Shown here: positions 40,472 to 54,201 of the stretch, in pieces | Layout: each line of letters begins with the position of its first letter | Numbering within the stretch: position 1 is the first letter of the stretch | Source of the DNA: Malacoraja senta | Lineage: Eukaryota | Direction: 5' to 3' | Length of the DNA stretch: 64,000 bases | Assembly (NCBI GenBank): GCA_038087875.1 | Contig: CM075988.1 | Location: 6,884,001-6,948,000 of the forward strand | Translations under genes and position numbers: made by a program | Notes under the pieces: generated by a model | What the model was told of the DNA's origin: nothing | Database searches by the model: none | Seen by the model: the letters and a program-made list of their open reading frames with translations, nothing else

Positions 40472-40644
40472 TGGTGTACTTGATGTATAATTTGTTTTAG
40501 TGTGTTTGGGTCTATGTTCCAGTGCTGTTGCTGCAAGCAAGATTTTCATTGTACCTGCACTTTACCGTATCTGAGCAAAGTTGACTTGACTTGCTACCAC
40601 GTGTTTTCTAAAGCCACTTGACCGAGTCCGTTTCTCTCCCCCAG

Positions 40645-40970
40645 TTGAAGACACAGCTCCACACATCCACACGTGCCGCAAGGCCAAGGAGAGCCGGAGG
40701 GAGCTGCTGAAGACCCCCGAGAGGGGGCAGCAGGCGGAGCTGGAACCGGCAGAGTCTGAACTGGTGGGACTGACGGAGCACAAGGCACCAGGTCAGGAAC
40801 CGGCTCCTTTACAAGAACCTCAGCCATCCTTGTCACAAACCTCCATGAGCGCTGTGCACCCATCACCCATCCCACCTCCACTCCATTCCACGTCTGAACC
40901 CAGTCGCACTAGATCATTAGAGGAGCTCCTAGTGGAGAGCACGCCAGTCGCTGCATTGCACCAGCTGGAG
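40645..40970 (+). CDS. ATE1-like: ATE1-like exon 6 homolog (EDTAPHIHTCRKAKESRR...RSLEELLVESTPVAALHQLE)
   Basis: Acceptor tttctctcccccag, donor GAG|GTAAGA, phase 1 to 0. CRKAKE and RSLEELLVES..HQLE match human CRKAKE and KSLEDLIFES..HKLE. Confidence 0.9.
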
Positions 40971-41419
40971 GTAAGAGTCTGTGCGCCAGATCCCATTCAT
41001 CAAGGAGCAACCTGTTTTTGTTCATCATTGACACAAAATGCTGCAGTAACTCAGTGGGTCAGGCAGCATCTCTGGAGAAAAGAGTACGGGAATCACGAAC
41101 TAAGCAGACATAGGCATAAGGCGAGAGGGGACAGATTCAATGGCAACCTGAGGGGCAACTTTTTTCACTCAAAGAGTGGTGGGAAAAAGAATAGGTGATG
41201 TTTTGGATCTATTCTGAACCTTTTCATACCTCCAGTTTTCCTCTCCCCTGACTCTCAGTCCAAAGAAGCGTCTCGACCCGAAACGTCACCTATTCCTTTT
41301 CTCCAGAGAGGCTGCCTAATCCGCTGCATTACTCCAGCATCCTGTGTCTTCGGTGTAAACCGCATCTGCAGTTCCTTCTTACATAACCTGTTTATTCATT
41401 GTTGATAAAGTATAGTCAC

Positions 41420-41993
41420 ACAGTGTGAAAAATATACATCTTGTTGACGCGCTGGGACGCATCCTCAGTGATGTGATCTGGGGTCATCGGGTGTTTCGGG
41501 TCTCACAACATCAGACACCCTCGCCCAGGCGACCCAGCCGGGGTTGATCAGGCCCCGACTTGCGTCCCAGCAGCAACCGCCCACGGATCAGCCATCTTAA
41601 TAACTACTCTGCAGGGGTTGGGAGACTCTAGTGCGTGGAGGGACTGGGCTCTGTGTGGTGAGTCCTGGCCGGGCTCCTCCTGCATCTCACCAGGTTCAAG
41701 GCCTGTGCACTGCACCTCTTTCTCCTTCATTTCATTCTCGCCTGATGGATCTTTAGGCCACGGTGGTTCATTAGGCCTTTCTGTAGCTTTGTTGGGTGTC
41801 TTTCTCACGAAATGCACAGACTAGGGGTGCTAACCCAGCCTGTCCCGGGTGCCGTCTTTACGTGCCATCAACTTTCTCTCCAGTAGTCACCAAACTATTC
41901 TTGGTTGTCACCCAGTCTATTCCTAGGTGCCACTGGCTGAGCCAGACTTCAGTGTGAAAAATATACATCTTCTAGATCCTCAGTGATGTGACC
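41420..41993 (-). mobile_element. Internally deleted HERO-like non-LTR element
   Basis: Minus strand: 5' UTR, ORF N-terminal remnant GLKIHQARMK..EPGEMQEEPGQDSPHRAQSLH fused to C-terminal IKMADPWAVAAGTQVGA*, then a structured 3' UTR. Flanked by TAGTCAC direct repeats (41413-19 / 41994-42000). Family call is from memory of HERO ORF ends. Confidence 0.65.
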
Positions 41994-44900
41994 TAGTCAC
42001 GCAGCATGGAAAGAAGTCCTTTGGGCAAACTCGTCCATGCCAACCAAGATGCCCCATCTATACAAGTCCCACCTTCATTCATTTGGCCCATAGCCCTGTA
42101 AACCTTTCATATCCTCCTACCTGTCCAAATGTCTTTTAAATGCTGTTTTAGTCCCTGCCTCAACTACCTCCTCTGGTAGTTCGTTCCATATAACACCACT
42201 CTCTGATGAAAAAGTTGCCCCTCTGTATCCTATTAAATCTTTCACCTCTCACCTTAAACCTATGTCTTCTGGTTCTTTATGCTCTGGTTAAAAGACTCTA
42301 ACCATTTAACCCACCTATTCTTCGTGTGTTTTTATACATTTCTACAAGAGTATCCCAGGGACTCTTTCAACTCACAGTGATAAGCGAGTTGAGGAAGTGG
42401 CTCGGTGTTAAATGAGGCAACTGCACTAGTCGTTAGGCAGCAGTTTTACAGTCAACGAAAGAGATGAGTAAAGGGAGGGCAATGAGTGGTTAGTCCAAGG
42501 CTGTGTGCAAGTGAGGGAACAAACATGGACATAGACCTCTACTGTTCATTGAAAACAAAATGTGATTAAAGATGGGCAGCCACACACACTGACCACATCA
42601 TTGTAAGGGTGCGTACACTTGCCTTTCTGAGCCAGCAGCCTGGGCTGGATTAATGTACTTCTGTATCCTAAATCATTGAACAAATGTAATGCATGCTCAG
42701 TGCACAGTTCATGAGTATTTACCTGTTAGCTGCCAGAGAGTAGCATTCCCAGTCAATATGGGAATCAAGAACCAGTGGACATAGGTTTAAGGTGAAAGGG
42801 GAAAGATGTAATAGGAACCTGAGGGGAAACCTTTTACATTAACATTTGATCAAGCATCAATGACCATTTCCCATGTTATTTTTTACTTGCAACAATGATA
42901 GAAGTCATTCAGCCTTTCAAATCTGTGCCAGCTCTCCAGAGCATTCCTATGTGTTCCGTTCCCTCACTTACTTCCCTATAATCTTTTCTTTCTGACATTC
43001 TCAGAATCTACTCCACACCGATTCTCTCGCTTACACTCAGGGCAATTTACAGTAACCAATTAACCTAATAACTAGAACGTGTTTGGGATGTGGGAAGGAA
43101 ACCGAGCACCCAGGGGAAACCCACATGGTCACAGGGAGGACAAGCAAACTGCACACAGATAGCACACAAGATCAGAATCGAACTAGAGTTATGTGAGGCA
43201 GCATCTCAATAGCTGCATTACTGCGTGCTGTATACGCAGTAATTTCCACAGTATTGACACTTTTTACAAGTATGTGCTTTCTAACTGGTTCTGAAGTGTT
43301 TGGCTCGAATTTTTAGACCATGTCTCTTGTCCTAAGCAGATAAATCTATACTGTTGATGTCCCTTAAATATCCCCAAAACTGCAATCAAATCGCTCAGTA
43401 CCTTCTAAATTCCATGGAAAATGACTCTAATGTGTGTAAATATTTCACTTGAAGCTGAGTTAACAGATGGTAGAGGAATTCTGTCCCCCACCAAGCAGCA
43501 GAAACTGGGAGTGGGATGTCCATGCTAGGAGTGGAGCAGCGGTAGAGTTGCTGCCTTACAGCGCCAGGTTCAATCCCGACTACGGGTGCTGTCTGTACAG
43601 AGTGTGCGCATTCTCCCCTGTGACTGAGTGGGTTTACTCTGGGCGCTCCGGTTTCCTCCCACACTCCAAAGAGGTTTGTAGGTAAATTGTCTTCTGTAAC
43701 TTGTCCCTAGTGTGTGTAGGACAGAACTAGTGTACGGGTGATCGTTGGTTGAAGGGCCTGTTTCCACGCTGTAACTCTGAACTAAACTGAAGCAAACTAG
43801 ATTGAATGCAAGCAATCCCATTCACCCTGCAGATTTCACAGCCCTCTTGCAGCTTGTTCACTCTCACCCATCAAAACCCCTTTGATTCTTTCTGCACTGA
43901 TCTACACTATGGGGTAATTTATAGCTAACATACCAGCTCATCTTTGGGACATGGCAGGAAACAGGAGCTTGCATCAAAACCCCCCACAGTCAGAGAGAAT
44001 ATGGAAACTTTACAACAGCACCCGAGGCCAGGATTGCTCTGGTCGGCAACAGACAGATCAAAGATGGGGAAAGGGAACTGAATTATAGATCAAGATTGAC
44101 CTAATTACATGACAGAGCAGCCCTGAGGGGCCATGTGGTCTCAATCTGTCCCCATGCTTATAAATAAATCGTGAAAACCGTGATCTAAATATCAAAAGAG
44201 GAGCATAAGGTTTATTTTTTAAAGCGTAAAATTGCAAATGCTGGCATGTGAAATAAAAACAGAAAGCACTGGTGATGCTCAGCGGGTCAGGCAGCATCTA
44301 CGGAGAGAGAAACAGAGTTAATGTTTCGGGTCGATGACCTTTCTTTGGAAGAGGACAAATGCTTTTTGGGAAGCAAATTGATGTGGGAGTTGGGAGAACA
44401 AAGTGAACCTCTGTGGTAGGGTGGAGACGGAGACAGTGCTGGTGAGACAACAGTTTGTGCTGTCTGAGAGAGGGTGATCAGTGTTTTATTTTCAATCACA
44501 TCCGATGTGTCTGAATGAGTGGTTCCGTCCAGAAGGTTGATGCAGAGCATCTAGGAACCAGTCACTTACATTTTAGTGATACAGAGTGGAAAAAGGCCCT
44601 GTGGCCCACTGAGTCCACGCCGTCTCTGTTCTATTCTACACACTCGGGACAGTTTATAGAAGCCAATTAACCTATAAACCTGTGCATCTTTGGAATGTGG
44701 ATCCCAGAGAAAACCCACGTGGTCACGGGGAGAATGTACAAACTTCGTACAGACAGCACCCGTAGTCAGGATCAAACCCGGGTCTCTGGCGCTGTAAGGC
44801 AGCAACTCTACCACTGCGCCACCGTGCCTCATTTCTCCATCCCATTCCCACTCTAACCTGTTTGTCCTCATAATCTTGACCAGCAAAGACCAAGGTATGC

Positions 44901-45928
44901 TCCAGGAACAGCGCCTCACCTGGCACCGAGGCACATTGCATCCTTTGGACATAGTGCTTCATTCAACAATTTCAGATAACCAGCCTTTTACTGTTTACAT
45001 ATTGTTTCCTGCTTGGTTTAGGAGATGTCAGCTACAAGACGAGGTTGGACAGACTTGGATTGATTTCTCTGGACACTGGACGTTAAACAGAGACCTGAAA
45101 GAAAAATATAAAGTTATGAGAGGCATAGATACAGTAGACAGTCAGAGCCTTTTTCCTGTAATAGAAATCCCAATGATGGGAGGGCATAGTTTAAGGTGGG
45201 AGAGGCAAAGTATAAAGGAGAGATATGAAGCAAGGGAGCTGGGTGCATGGAATGCACTGGGTGAGGTTGGTAGCGGAGGCTGATACAATGGTGGCATTTG
45301 AGAGGTTTTTAGATTGGCACACGTTTATGCAGGGAATATGGAGATCATGTACAGGCAGATGAGAATAGTTCATCTCAGCATGAACATTGCGGGCTGAAGA
45401 GCCTGTTCCTGTGCTGTACTATTTTCTATGCTCTAACTCATTAGTTCTGTTGTAATGTCACCCACCCGTAACTTTTCCCAGTGTTTGTCCCCTCCACAAA
45501 TGCTGCTGGACCTGCTGGGTATTTCCAACAGTTCCTTTATTTCAGGGTTGTAGTAATTGTGAATAATTCCAGTTTGGTGTTTCTTCTTCCCACTGCTCCC
45601 CTCGTTCATCTCCTTTTTAACACCCCTGCCAGGGCTCAGCCATGCTTCATCAGCCTCTGTCAGATGGCGCCAAAAACTCACCAAAAAGACTCACCTGGGC
45701 AGTCTCGGTCTCCATCTAATCATAGACAGACCCTTGCTCCCTCCATTATTGACCCTGCCCATCACATATAACATTCACTTTTCCCGGGTGAAGGGTCATG
45801 GATCTGAAACATTAACTGTTTCTCCCTCCTCAGATGCTGCCTGGCCTTTTGAGAGTATCATCAAGAATTTTCTCTGTTTATATCATTTGCATTTTGTTTA
45901 TTTTCCCCTTAATATTTGCTCTCCTCAG

Positions 45929-46057
45929 GTGAAGTTGCTGAGACTTTCTCCACCCAGCCCTGAACTACAATCCACCTTTGGTGAATCTTACAAGGTCTAC
46001 AAACGATACCAGATGCATGTGCACAAAGACACAGAGCTGATGGCTTCGGAGGCTGAG
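45929..46057 (+). CDS. ATE1-like: ATE1-like exon 7 (VKLLRLSPPSPELQSTFGESYKVYKRYQMHVHKDTELMASEAE)
   Basis: 129 nt, phase 0/0, AG/GT borders. Matches the mammalian exon-7 variant VRVVRSSPPS..ESYQVYKRYQM..HK. Confidence 0.93.
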
Positions 46058-48932
46058 GTACCAACTGTACCAAATGTACACTGACAGTGATGGTTGGAGT
46101 TTTAACGTACATTGGTCTTGTGGGCGTAGGGTGTGAATTTGATATAGGGGACCCTCCCCTATCTCGGGTCACTCTGTCAATGAGTGACCTCCTCACCATC
46201 AGCATGTACATGGGAAGTGAGCCTAACCCACTCACAGATTGATGCACCCATGGCTGTTGGCTCCATTGATTGTGCTGCTAGCCCATTTCACAATGAAATT
46301 CCTTGTTCACATGAAACGCAGGTGTTATTGCAAGGTCTAAGAAACATTTAGACAGGTACATGGATAGGATAGGTTTAGAGGGATATGGGCCAAATGCAGG
46401 CAAGTGGGACTAGTGTAGATGGGACATGTTGGATCGGTGTGGGCAAGTTGGGCTGAAGAATCTGTTTCCACACTGTATGACTCTATGACTCTATAAACAC
46501 TCAGAGTAAACAGTATATATATAGTAATTATAGATATAACAATAAGTACGACAAGTGCAAAACAGGAGAATGGAGCAAACATTATAGTGCGATCTGTGGT
46601 AGTGTATAAAAATACTGCAGCACATAATGGAATTACTGAATGAGATTGAGTTAAGAGTAAGTGTATGTGGCAGCACCTATGGGAAGGTGATGTGAAATAA
46701 GCAATAAGTTGATAGCAATCTTGCCTGAGTCAGGTTTACGGGCTCAAGAGTTGTTTCGGATAGAGATGTCCAAAAATCTCCTCTGGTAGTCCAGGTGGCA
46801 TGGTGGCACAGTTGTAGAGTTGGTGCCTTACTCCGTCAGAGACCCGGGTTCGATCCTGACTGCGGGCGCCGTCTGTACGGAGTCGGAACAATTTTCCTGT
46901 GACTGCATGGGTTTTCTCTGGGTGCTCTGGTTTCCACCCACATCCCAAAGATGCGCATGTTTGTAGGTTAATTGGCTTCGGTAAAATTTCCCGTTGTGTG
47001 TAGGATGGGATAACATAGAACCAGTGTACAATTGATCGTTGGTTGGCACAGACTCAGTGGGCCGTAAGCCCTATTTATATGTTGTATTTCTAAATTAAAA
47101 CTAAAACTAGTTTGGTGCTGTCTGAGAGAGGCTTGTCTCTTCAGAGGTGTCATTTTCCAGGCAAGATGTTAAACAAAATTAATATAAAAGACTGTAAGGC
47201 ATTACATTGGAAAACATAACCAAAAAACATCATATGGTTCTTATAGCAGCGTGAAAGAGGCTGATAGTGGTGGGGAAGAACCTGCCTTTAGGTCTTGAGT
47301 TAGATGTTAATTTTAAACAGTCCGTTTGCCCAATGGAATGTGCGTCTGAATGTATCACGAGTAGTCATGTAATGTTCTTGACCAAGAGCTGCAGGACAGG
47401 AATTCGCTCCTTGGTTTTAGTTTGAATTTGTTTTAATTTAGAGATACAGCATGAAAACAGGCTCTTCGGCCCAATGAGTCCACAGCAACCATCGTTCACC
47501 AGTTCACACTAGTTCTATGTAATCCCACTTTCTCATCTACTCCCAACACACATGGGGCAAATTACAGAATTTTTTTTTTTCACTTAAATTTTTCTTGATT
47601 TTTCAGAGATATATACAAAACAGTGCAACAGGGGGAAAAAAAGAAGTAAATAAATAAAAAATTGGAATAAGACCGTGTGGTTCACTTACCAAATTAAAAA
47701 AGAAAAAACATTACATTGATTAGTTATCTGAAAATTAACCCACAAACCTGCACGTCTTTGGGATTTGGAAGGAAACAGGAGCACCCGGAGGAAACCCACG
47801 CGGTCACAGGGAGAAGCTGAAGTCAGGACCGAACATGGGTCTCTGACGCAGTAAGCCAACAGCTCTACTACTGCACCACTGTGCTGCCCTAATTTTAGTT
47901 ATAATTCCTTTTAAATAAAGTTGGAAAAATTCCTTGGGACAGTTTACAAGTTGCTGTTTATATACAAGAATTTTCCACCATTGGAATTCAAATCCAGATT
48001 GAACAGATTTATGGGATCAGTGATCAGTGGTTGTAAATCCATCAACGTGTCTATTCCCCATTGAGAAGCTGTGAAATCATTAATTATTCCATAAAATTCA
48101 ACCCCATGGCCTTTGACATCATTGATTGTGCTGTCAGCACATTTCACTCCCAACAGAACAAAGGCCTGGCTCCTAACCACTGCCACCCTGGCCATAAGTC
48201 ATTGATATTGATTATATGTGTCTCAACACAAACCATTCCATCTCCCAGCATTGACGTTGTTCACTAATGAACAAAGAGTTCGCAAAGACAGTCACATGTG
48301 AAATGGAGGCAACTTGTGCAAGAAATGGATGGAGTTATAGAATCATATGGCATGGAAACAGGCCCTTCGGCCCAACTTGCCCATGCTGACCAAGATGCCC
48401 CATCTACACTAATCCCACCTGACCATCTTTGGCCCATATCCCTAAACTTTTCCTATGCATGTACCTGCCCAAGGCTGCCAAGGAGAACTTAAATTGATGG
48501 TGGGGGGGGGGGGAAGACACTAAGTGCTGGAGTAACCCAGCGGGTCAGGCAACATCCCTGGCGAAAATGGATAGGTGATGTTTCGGAACAGGACCCTTCT
48601 GCAGACTATAGATGAAGGGTACTGACCTGAAACATCCTATCCAGAGTTGCTGCCTTGCCCAATGAGTTAATCTAGAACGTTGTGTCTTTTTTTGTAAATC
48701 AGCATCCGCAATTCCTTTGAGGATGTGGGTTTCAGAATTGAACCTAGAGGTGAAGGTCATGTAATTCAGTGTACTGATCTCCAAGCCTAAAACACTGGTG
48801 GAGAGACCCATCTTTTATGAATCTCCATAAAGGCCATGCGTCCACTGGGTGTGGCTGAAAGAGGAGAGGAAGTACAGGAGTAGGGTTCCTCTGTGCTAAT
48901 CTGCCTAACTGACTGTCATTTCTTTCTTGCAG

Positions 48933-48965
48933 TACAGAAGGTTCTTCTGCAGTACTCCACTTCTG
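48933..48965 (+). CDS. ATE1-like: ATE1-like exon 8 (YRRFFCSTPLL)
   Basis: 33 nt with acceptor tttctttcttgcag and donor CTG|GTAAGC. Homologous to human FTRFLCSSPLE. Confidence 0.9.
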
Positions 48966-49337
48966 GTAAGCCCGTGCTCTTTCTACATGCAGTAGATGGC
49001 TACTGTGGGGCTACTTGGTTAGCCGTTGGATAGTAATCTCATATTGGCTGAGTTGTGGATATCATAACTAATTACCAATCATAATCTGTAGATATAAGGG
49101 AAAGATCCCAATCCTTCATAAAGAAATAAAACAACAAAAGGAAGTTATGTTTTTTATAGCATTCTTTACAAGCTCCAGATATGTTGGTGAAGCCATTGAT
49201 ATAATATAGAAAACAATGACAAGCATTATATGCACAATAACCTACCACAAACAGCAAGACGTAATGACTAAATCACTTATTTTAAGGTAAGTTTTGGTCA
49301 AGACATTGGGTGAGGTGGGTGTAGAAGGGGAGCCTTA

Positions 49338-49556
49338 AGGGCCTGTCCCACTTGGGCGTCATTTGCGCGTAATTTACGCTACATCATTTACGCGTCTAGA
49401 CGCGCGCGTCATGCCGCGCATGTGATGTGCACATGGTGCGTGGTGACATAGGCAGTGACGCGCGGTCGCGCGTGGTGCCCCGGGATTTTGGGATGTACAA
49501 AATCTTCGCGCGCCATCTGCGTGACGCGCAAATGACGCCCAAATGGGACAGGCCCT
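49338..49556. mobile_element. PIF/Harbinger-type MITE
   Basis: TIRs AGGGCCTGTCCCAyTTGGGCGTCATTTGCGCGT with a TTA duplication on both sides. Confidence 0.85.
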
Positions 49557-51524
49557 TTACACCTACAGAGATTAGACAAGACCCCACTACGTGTCTGTCC
49601 TTTGACAAGGGCAGCACAATGGTGCAGCAGTAGAGTTGCTGTCTTACAGCGCCAGAGACCTGGGTTCATCCTGACTACAAGTGCTGTCTGTACGGAGTTT
49701 GTATGTTCTCTCCGTGACCGCGTGGGTTTTCTCCAGGTGCTCGGGTTTCTTCCCACATTCCAAAGACGTACAGGTTTGTAGATTAATTGGCTTTGGTAAA
49801 AATTGTAAATTGCCCCTAGTGTGTAGGATAGTGCTAGTGTACGGGGTGACAGCTGGTCGGTGCGGACTCCGTGGGCCAAAGGGCCTGCTTCCTATCCAAA
49901 GTCTAAAAGTCAACATGCAAAACTTTCTTAGGATTGTCCTGGAGCACCAACTTAGTTTAGTGACCTGACAGTGAAAAACTTCCTCTACACAGATCTTGTA
50001 ACTCCAGCCCTTGAAATGTCACCTATCCATGTTCTCCAGGGAGGCTGCTGGTCCCGTTGAGTTACTCCAGAATTTTGTGTCTCTGTTTGAGGGATTGAAT
50101 CCTTGGCAACTGTCCCGCTGAGTTACTCCAGTATTTTGTTTCTATCTATGGAATCTCATGGCATCAGCTCCAACGGTTCGATAGTGCTTCATTGTCACTT
50201 GTGCAAAGACACAGTGAAATTCTTTTACAAACAGTCCAGCAGAGTAATTCCATACGGAAACACAACCCCCCATTAGCAAAGTGCACAGAGATAGTCCACT
50301 GAGCCCGCAAGCAAGATGCGCCATGTTTTGCCGCCATTTTCAAAGTCCAGTCCACTCTATAGTTCTAAGGGGTGCTGCCAGTCCAGGTGAGCCTCAACGC
50401 TGCTGCAGGCCTTCAGCCCATTGGACGTGTGGATAGGCCTGCGAACCCACGACCCTCTCCTCACCCGTCCACCTTTGTGCCCTGGGTCAAACGGGCTAGG
50501 AAACCTCCTGATCACCAACCTTTCTCAGCTGTTGACTCAGTCCTCCTTCAGTCTTCTTCAGTTCAGTTCCCAGTCTGAAGAAGGGTCACGACCCGAAACG
50601 TTACCCATTCCTTCTAACCAGAGATGCTGCCTGTCCCGCTGAGTTACTCCAGCATTTTGTGTCTTATCTCCTTCAATTATACCTGAGGAAGGTCTAAGCA
50701 AGGGCAGAAAATATTTGGGAAATGAACCCTCAACTCTAACCCACATGGTGACTAACGAGGGTGCATTTTAACTGGAATAATTTGGAGAGATTTTCTTCCT
50801 TCATTCTCCAGGCTCTATGAGAAGAGAGAAAATCATTTTTAATTCCTACAAAGTGATACCAACTTGATGGGTGATTTAAAAAAACCTGTATTTAGAGCAA
50901 AATGCAACTGGCAGTAATTGTGATGTGATATATTCCAATGAAATTCATTATTTTTATCAATATAATTAGTGCTGGTGAAGGTTTAAAGATCTTGTATGTG
51001 CAGATATGGATAAACAGGCACAGAAATAGCTGCCGGTCCAGTAGGCCGAAGCATGTGATTATGATTCATGGAGCTTCCTATCAACAACAATATATTGCAA
51101 GTAAAAGCTCTCTAATTCACCAGATGTTTTAATTGTACAAACCACTGGCTTATTTGATTCAATTCAATGATACTTTATGTGACACATACCAGTGTATACG
51201 ATTGTACCTACACACTGTATGGGTGCAGTGAAATTGCAAACCATACACAAATATGCAAACAATCGCCACTGTTTCTGATGCTGACAAAGTTACAAATAAC
51301 TCATTAGACTCGTTTCCCCAGTTTGGGAAACATTGAGAACAGGTTATAAACGATTCAACTTGTGGGACTTGGGAACATTGTTTCTCGTTCCAAGGACTGA
51401 AATCGTGTATAATCTGATCTCAATGCCTGATTTAATGGGGAGTTAGTATTTTTTGTGATGGATTCAGATTGGCTTGTCTAATTTCTGGAAGTACATTACC
51501 TTGCTTCTGTCATCTCACCGATAG

Positions 51525-51726
<202 letters not shown>

Positions 51727-53258
51727 TGAGACAAATGGGAACTGCAGATGCTGGTTTACAGTAAAGAAGAGTTTACTGAAGTAACTCAATGGGTCAGCTA
51801 GCATCCCACGAGAACATGAATAGGTGACATTTCTGATCAGGTCTGAAGAAGGGTTACAACTCAATTCGTCACGTATTCATGTTCTCCAGAGATTTTGCCT
51901 GACCTGCCGAGTTACTCCAGCATTTATTTCCTCTCAAAAGACAAATGGACAAAAGCAAATTATAAATGTTTGGCATCCCTATTGCAGGGAACTTTGCTAT
52001 TGGGAAATGTGGACTTGTTGCCTATAATTCTCCAGTTGTTCATTTTAATGATTGTAAACTCACCTACAATGCTGACCAAACATGGTGGCCTCCATATCCA
52101 ACTTGCCAACTTGCATTCTGTTGCACCAAACACTTTGACAGATGTGGTTTATTATAATGGAAAACCAGCAATGGAAAAGCTCAATGAAAAGAGGAAGATA
52201 GGATGGAAACTGTAAAGGTGTGTTGTTGACGTATTGGGAGCCAGTGTAAAACAGAGTGATGAGCGAGATGAAGTATGTTGGGGATGAATGTTTGCAGAGT
52301 TAAGCAACATTAAAAGAGTTTTGGATATGTGCAGGTTATGGAGAATGAAGAGGCCAAGTTAGGAAATGCATCTGCACACACCTAGGCAGAGACAAACTTA
52401 ATTCAAGGGATAGGAGAGCAAATACAGAGTGATTCTGTTCCCCACGCCTCTCTTTACACCCCTTCCCCATTCATCTCCAAGAATCATTTTGAGGTCAGGC
52501 AACATAACATAACCTCCTTTTCCCCTCCCTCTTGCCCCCATCTGTCCCTCCAGCTTCCAGCTCCAGACCACAATGGGGTTTCTGGGATTGCATTCGGACT
52601 GTGCTTATAATTTTCTATAGAGGAAGTGTCCCCTGTTAGTGGGAGGCAGTGAACAGAGCTCTGGTGTGTCAATGTCCAGGCATGAAACAGGAGCAGGAGT
52701 GGTCCAGGCTGGGACATTCAATAAGATGGATGTCACAGTAGCGCAGTGGCTAGAGCCACTGCCTCACAGCATCAGAGACCTGGGTTCGATCCTAACCTCC
52801 GACGCTGTCCATGTGGAGTTAGCACGTTCTCATGGCTTTCCTCTGAGTGTTCCGATTTCCTGACATATTCCACAGATGTGAGGGTTGGTACGTTTATTGG
52901 CAACTGTAAATTGTCCCCAGTGTGTGTGTAAGCGGAGTTGAATGGAAATGAGAGCTTGATAGTTGGCATGAACGTGATGGTCTGAAGGGCCTGTTTCCAT
53001 GCCTTCTCATACCATCACTCTAAGATCATGGCTGACATTGACCTCAGGTCCTCCATCCCGCCTGACTCTGTAATCCTGGACTCCCTTACCGTTCAGCAAT
53101 CTTATCTCCTCCATCAAAATACTTCTCTGACTCGGCATCCTGTACTAAAGGTATGAAGGGGGTTGTTCGGCAATGAACCAATGTTTTATCTCAGAGCGGG
53201 AGACTTGAACAATGAAAGTCTACAATGAAAGAGTGACAAGTTCTCTACTGTTTTCCAG

Positions 53259-53358
53259 GGAAATAGCACTAACCCAAAGACTGAATGAGAAGGTTCCCAG
53301 AATGAAGTATTACTACTTGGGCCCTTACGTGCACTCATGTGTTAAAGTAAAATACAAG
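53259..53358 (+). CDS. ATE1-like: ATE1-like exon 10 (EIALTQRLNEKVPRMKYYYLGPYVHSCVKVKYK)
   Basis: 100 nt, phase 2 to 0, borders ttttccag / AAG|GTAAAC. Homologous to [33 protein letters not shown]. Confidence 0.93.
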
Positions 53359-54201
53359 GTAAACACAATGGTCTTCAGCTAAGATCGGCCAATTTTTATT
53401 CTGGCAATGCATGGGGTTCTGGTAAGAAATCAATTGCAAATTAAGAATTGCAAATTATTGTTCCTGTGCAAGTGCGGCACAGTCCATCATCTGGCAGTGC
53501 CGCTGTCTCGCATTCCTGTGATCTGGGTTCCATCCCCGTCTCTGGTGCTATCTGCGTGGAGTTTGCATGTTCTCCCCGTTATCTTGTGGCTTTCCCATGA
53601 GTGCTCCGTTTCTTATCACATCCCTAAGATCTGGGCGGCACAGTGGCCCAGTGGTAGAGTTGTTGCCTTACAGCACGAGAGACCCGGGTTCAATCCTGAC
53701 AATGGGTGCTGTCTATACGGAGTTTTCACATTCTCCCCGTGACCACATGGGATTTCTCCGGATGCTCCGGTTTCCACCCACATTCCAAAGACGTGCAGGT
53801 TTGTAGGTTAATTGGCTTCTGTAAATTGCCCCTGGTGTATAGGTGATCATTGGTCTGTGCGAACTCGGTGGGCCGAAGGGCCTGTTTCAACACTGTATCT
53901 CTAAACTAAACTAAACTAAACCTTTGGGTTGGTAGGTTAACTGGCCACTATAACTTGGGTAGATTGTCACCATCTTTTTCCCAGGGTAGGAGAGACTTAT
54001 AAAAAAATAAGGGCATAGGTTTAAGGTGAAGGAGGAAAAGATGTAAAGGGGACCCGAGGGGTTTGCTTTCATACTAAGGGTGGTAATAATATGGAACAAG
54101 CTGCCAGAGGAGGTGGTACGGAAAAGACAATATTTAAACGTTATTTGAACAGGTACATGGATAGGAGCGGGTTAGTGGAATATATGGGCCAGATACGAGC
54201 A

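Noticed and set aside
41455..41525. Permuted hammerhead-like boxes (GUC, GAAAC, CUGAGGA) in the HERO-like 3' UTR, minus strand
   Set aside because: Strand order is not a valid hammerhead permutation and stem II is poor. The segments are better explained by the alternative 11-bp closing stem.
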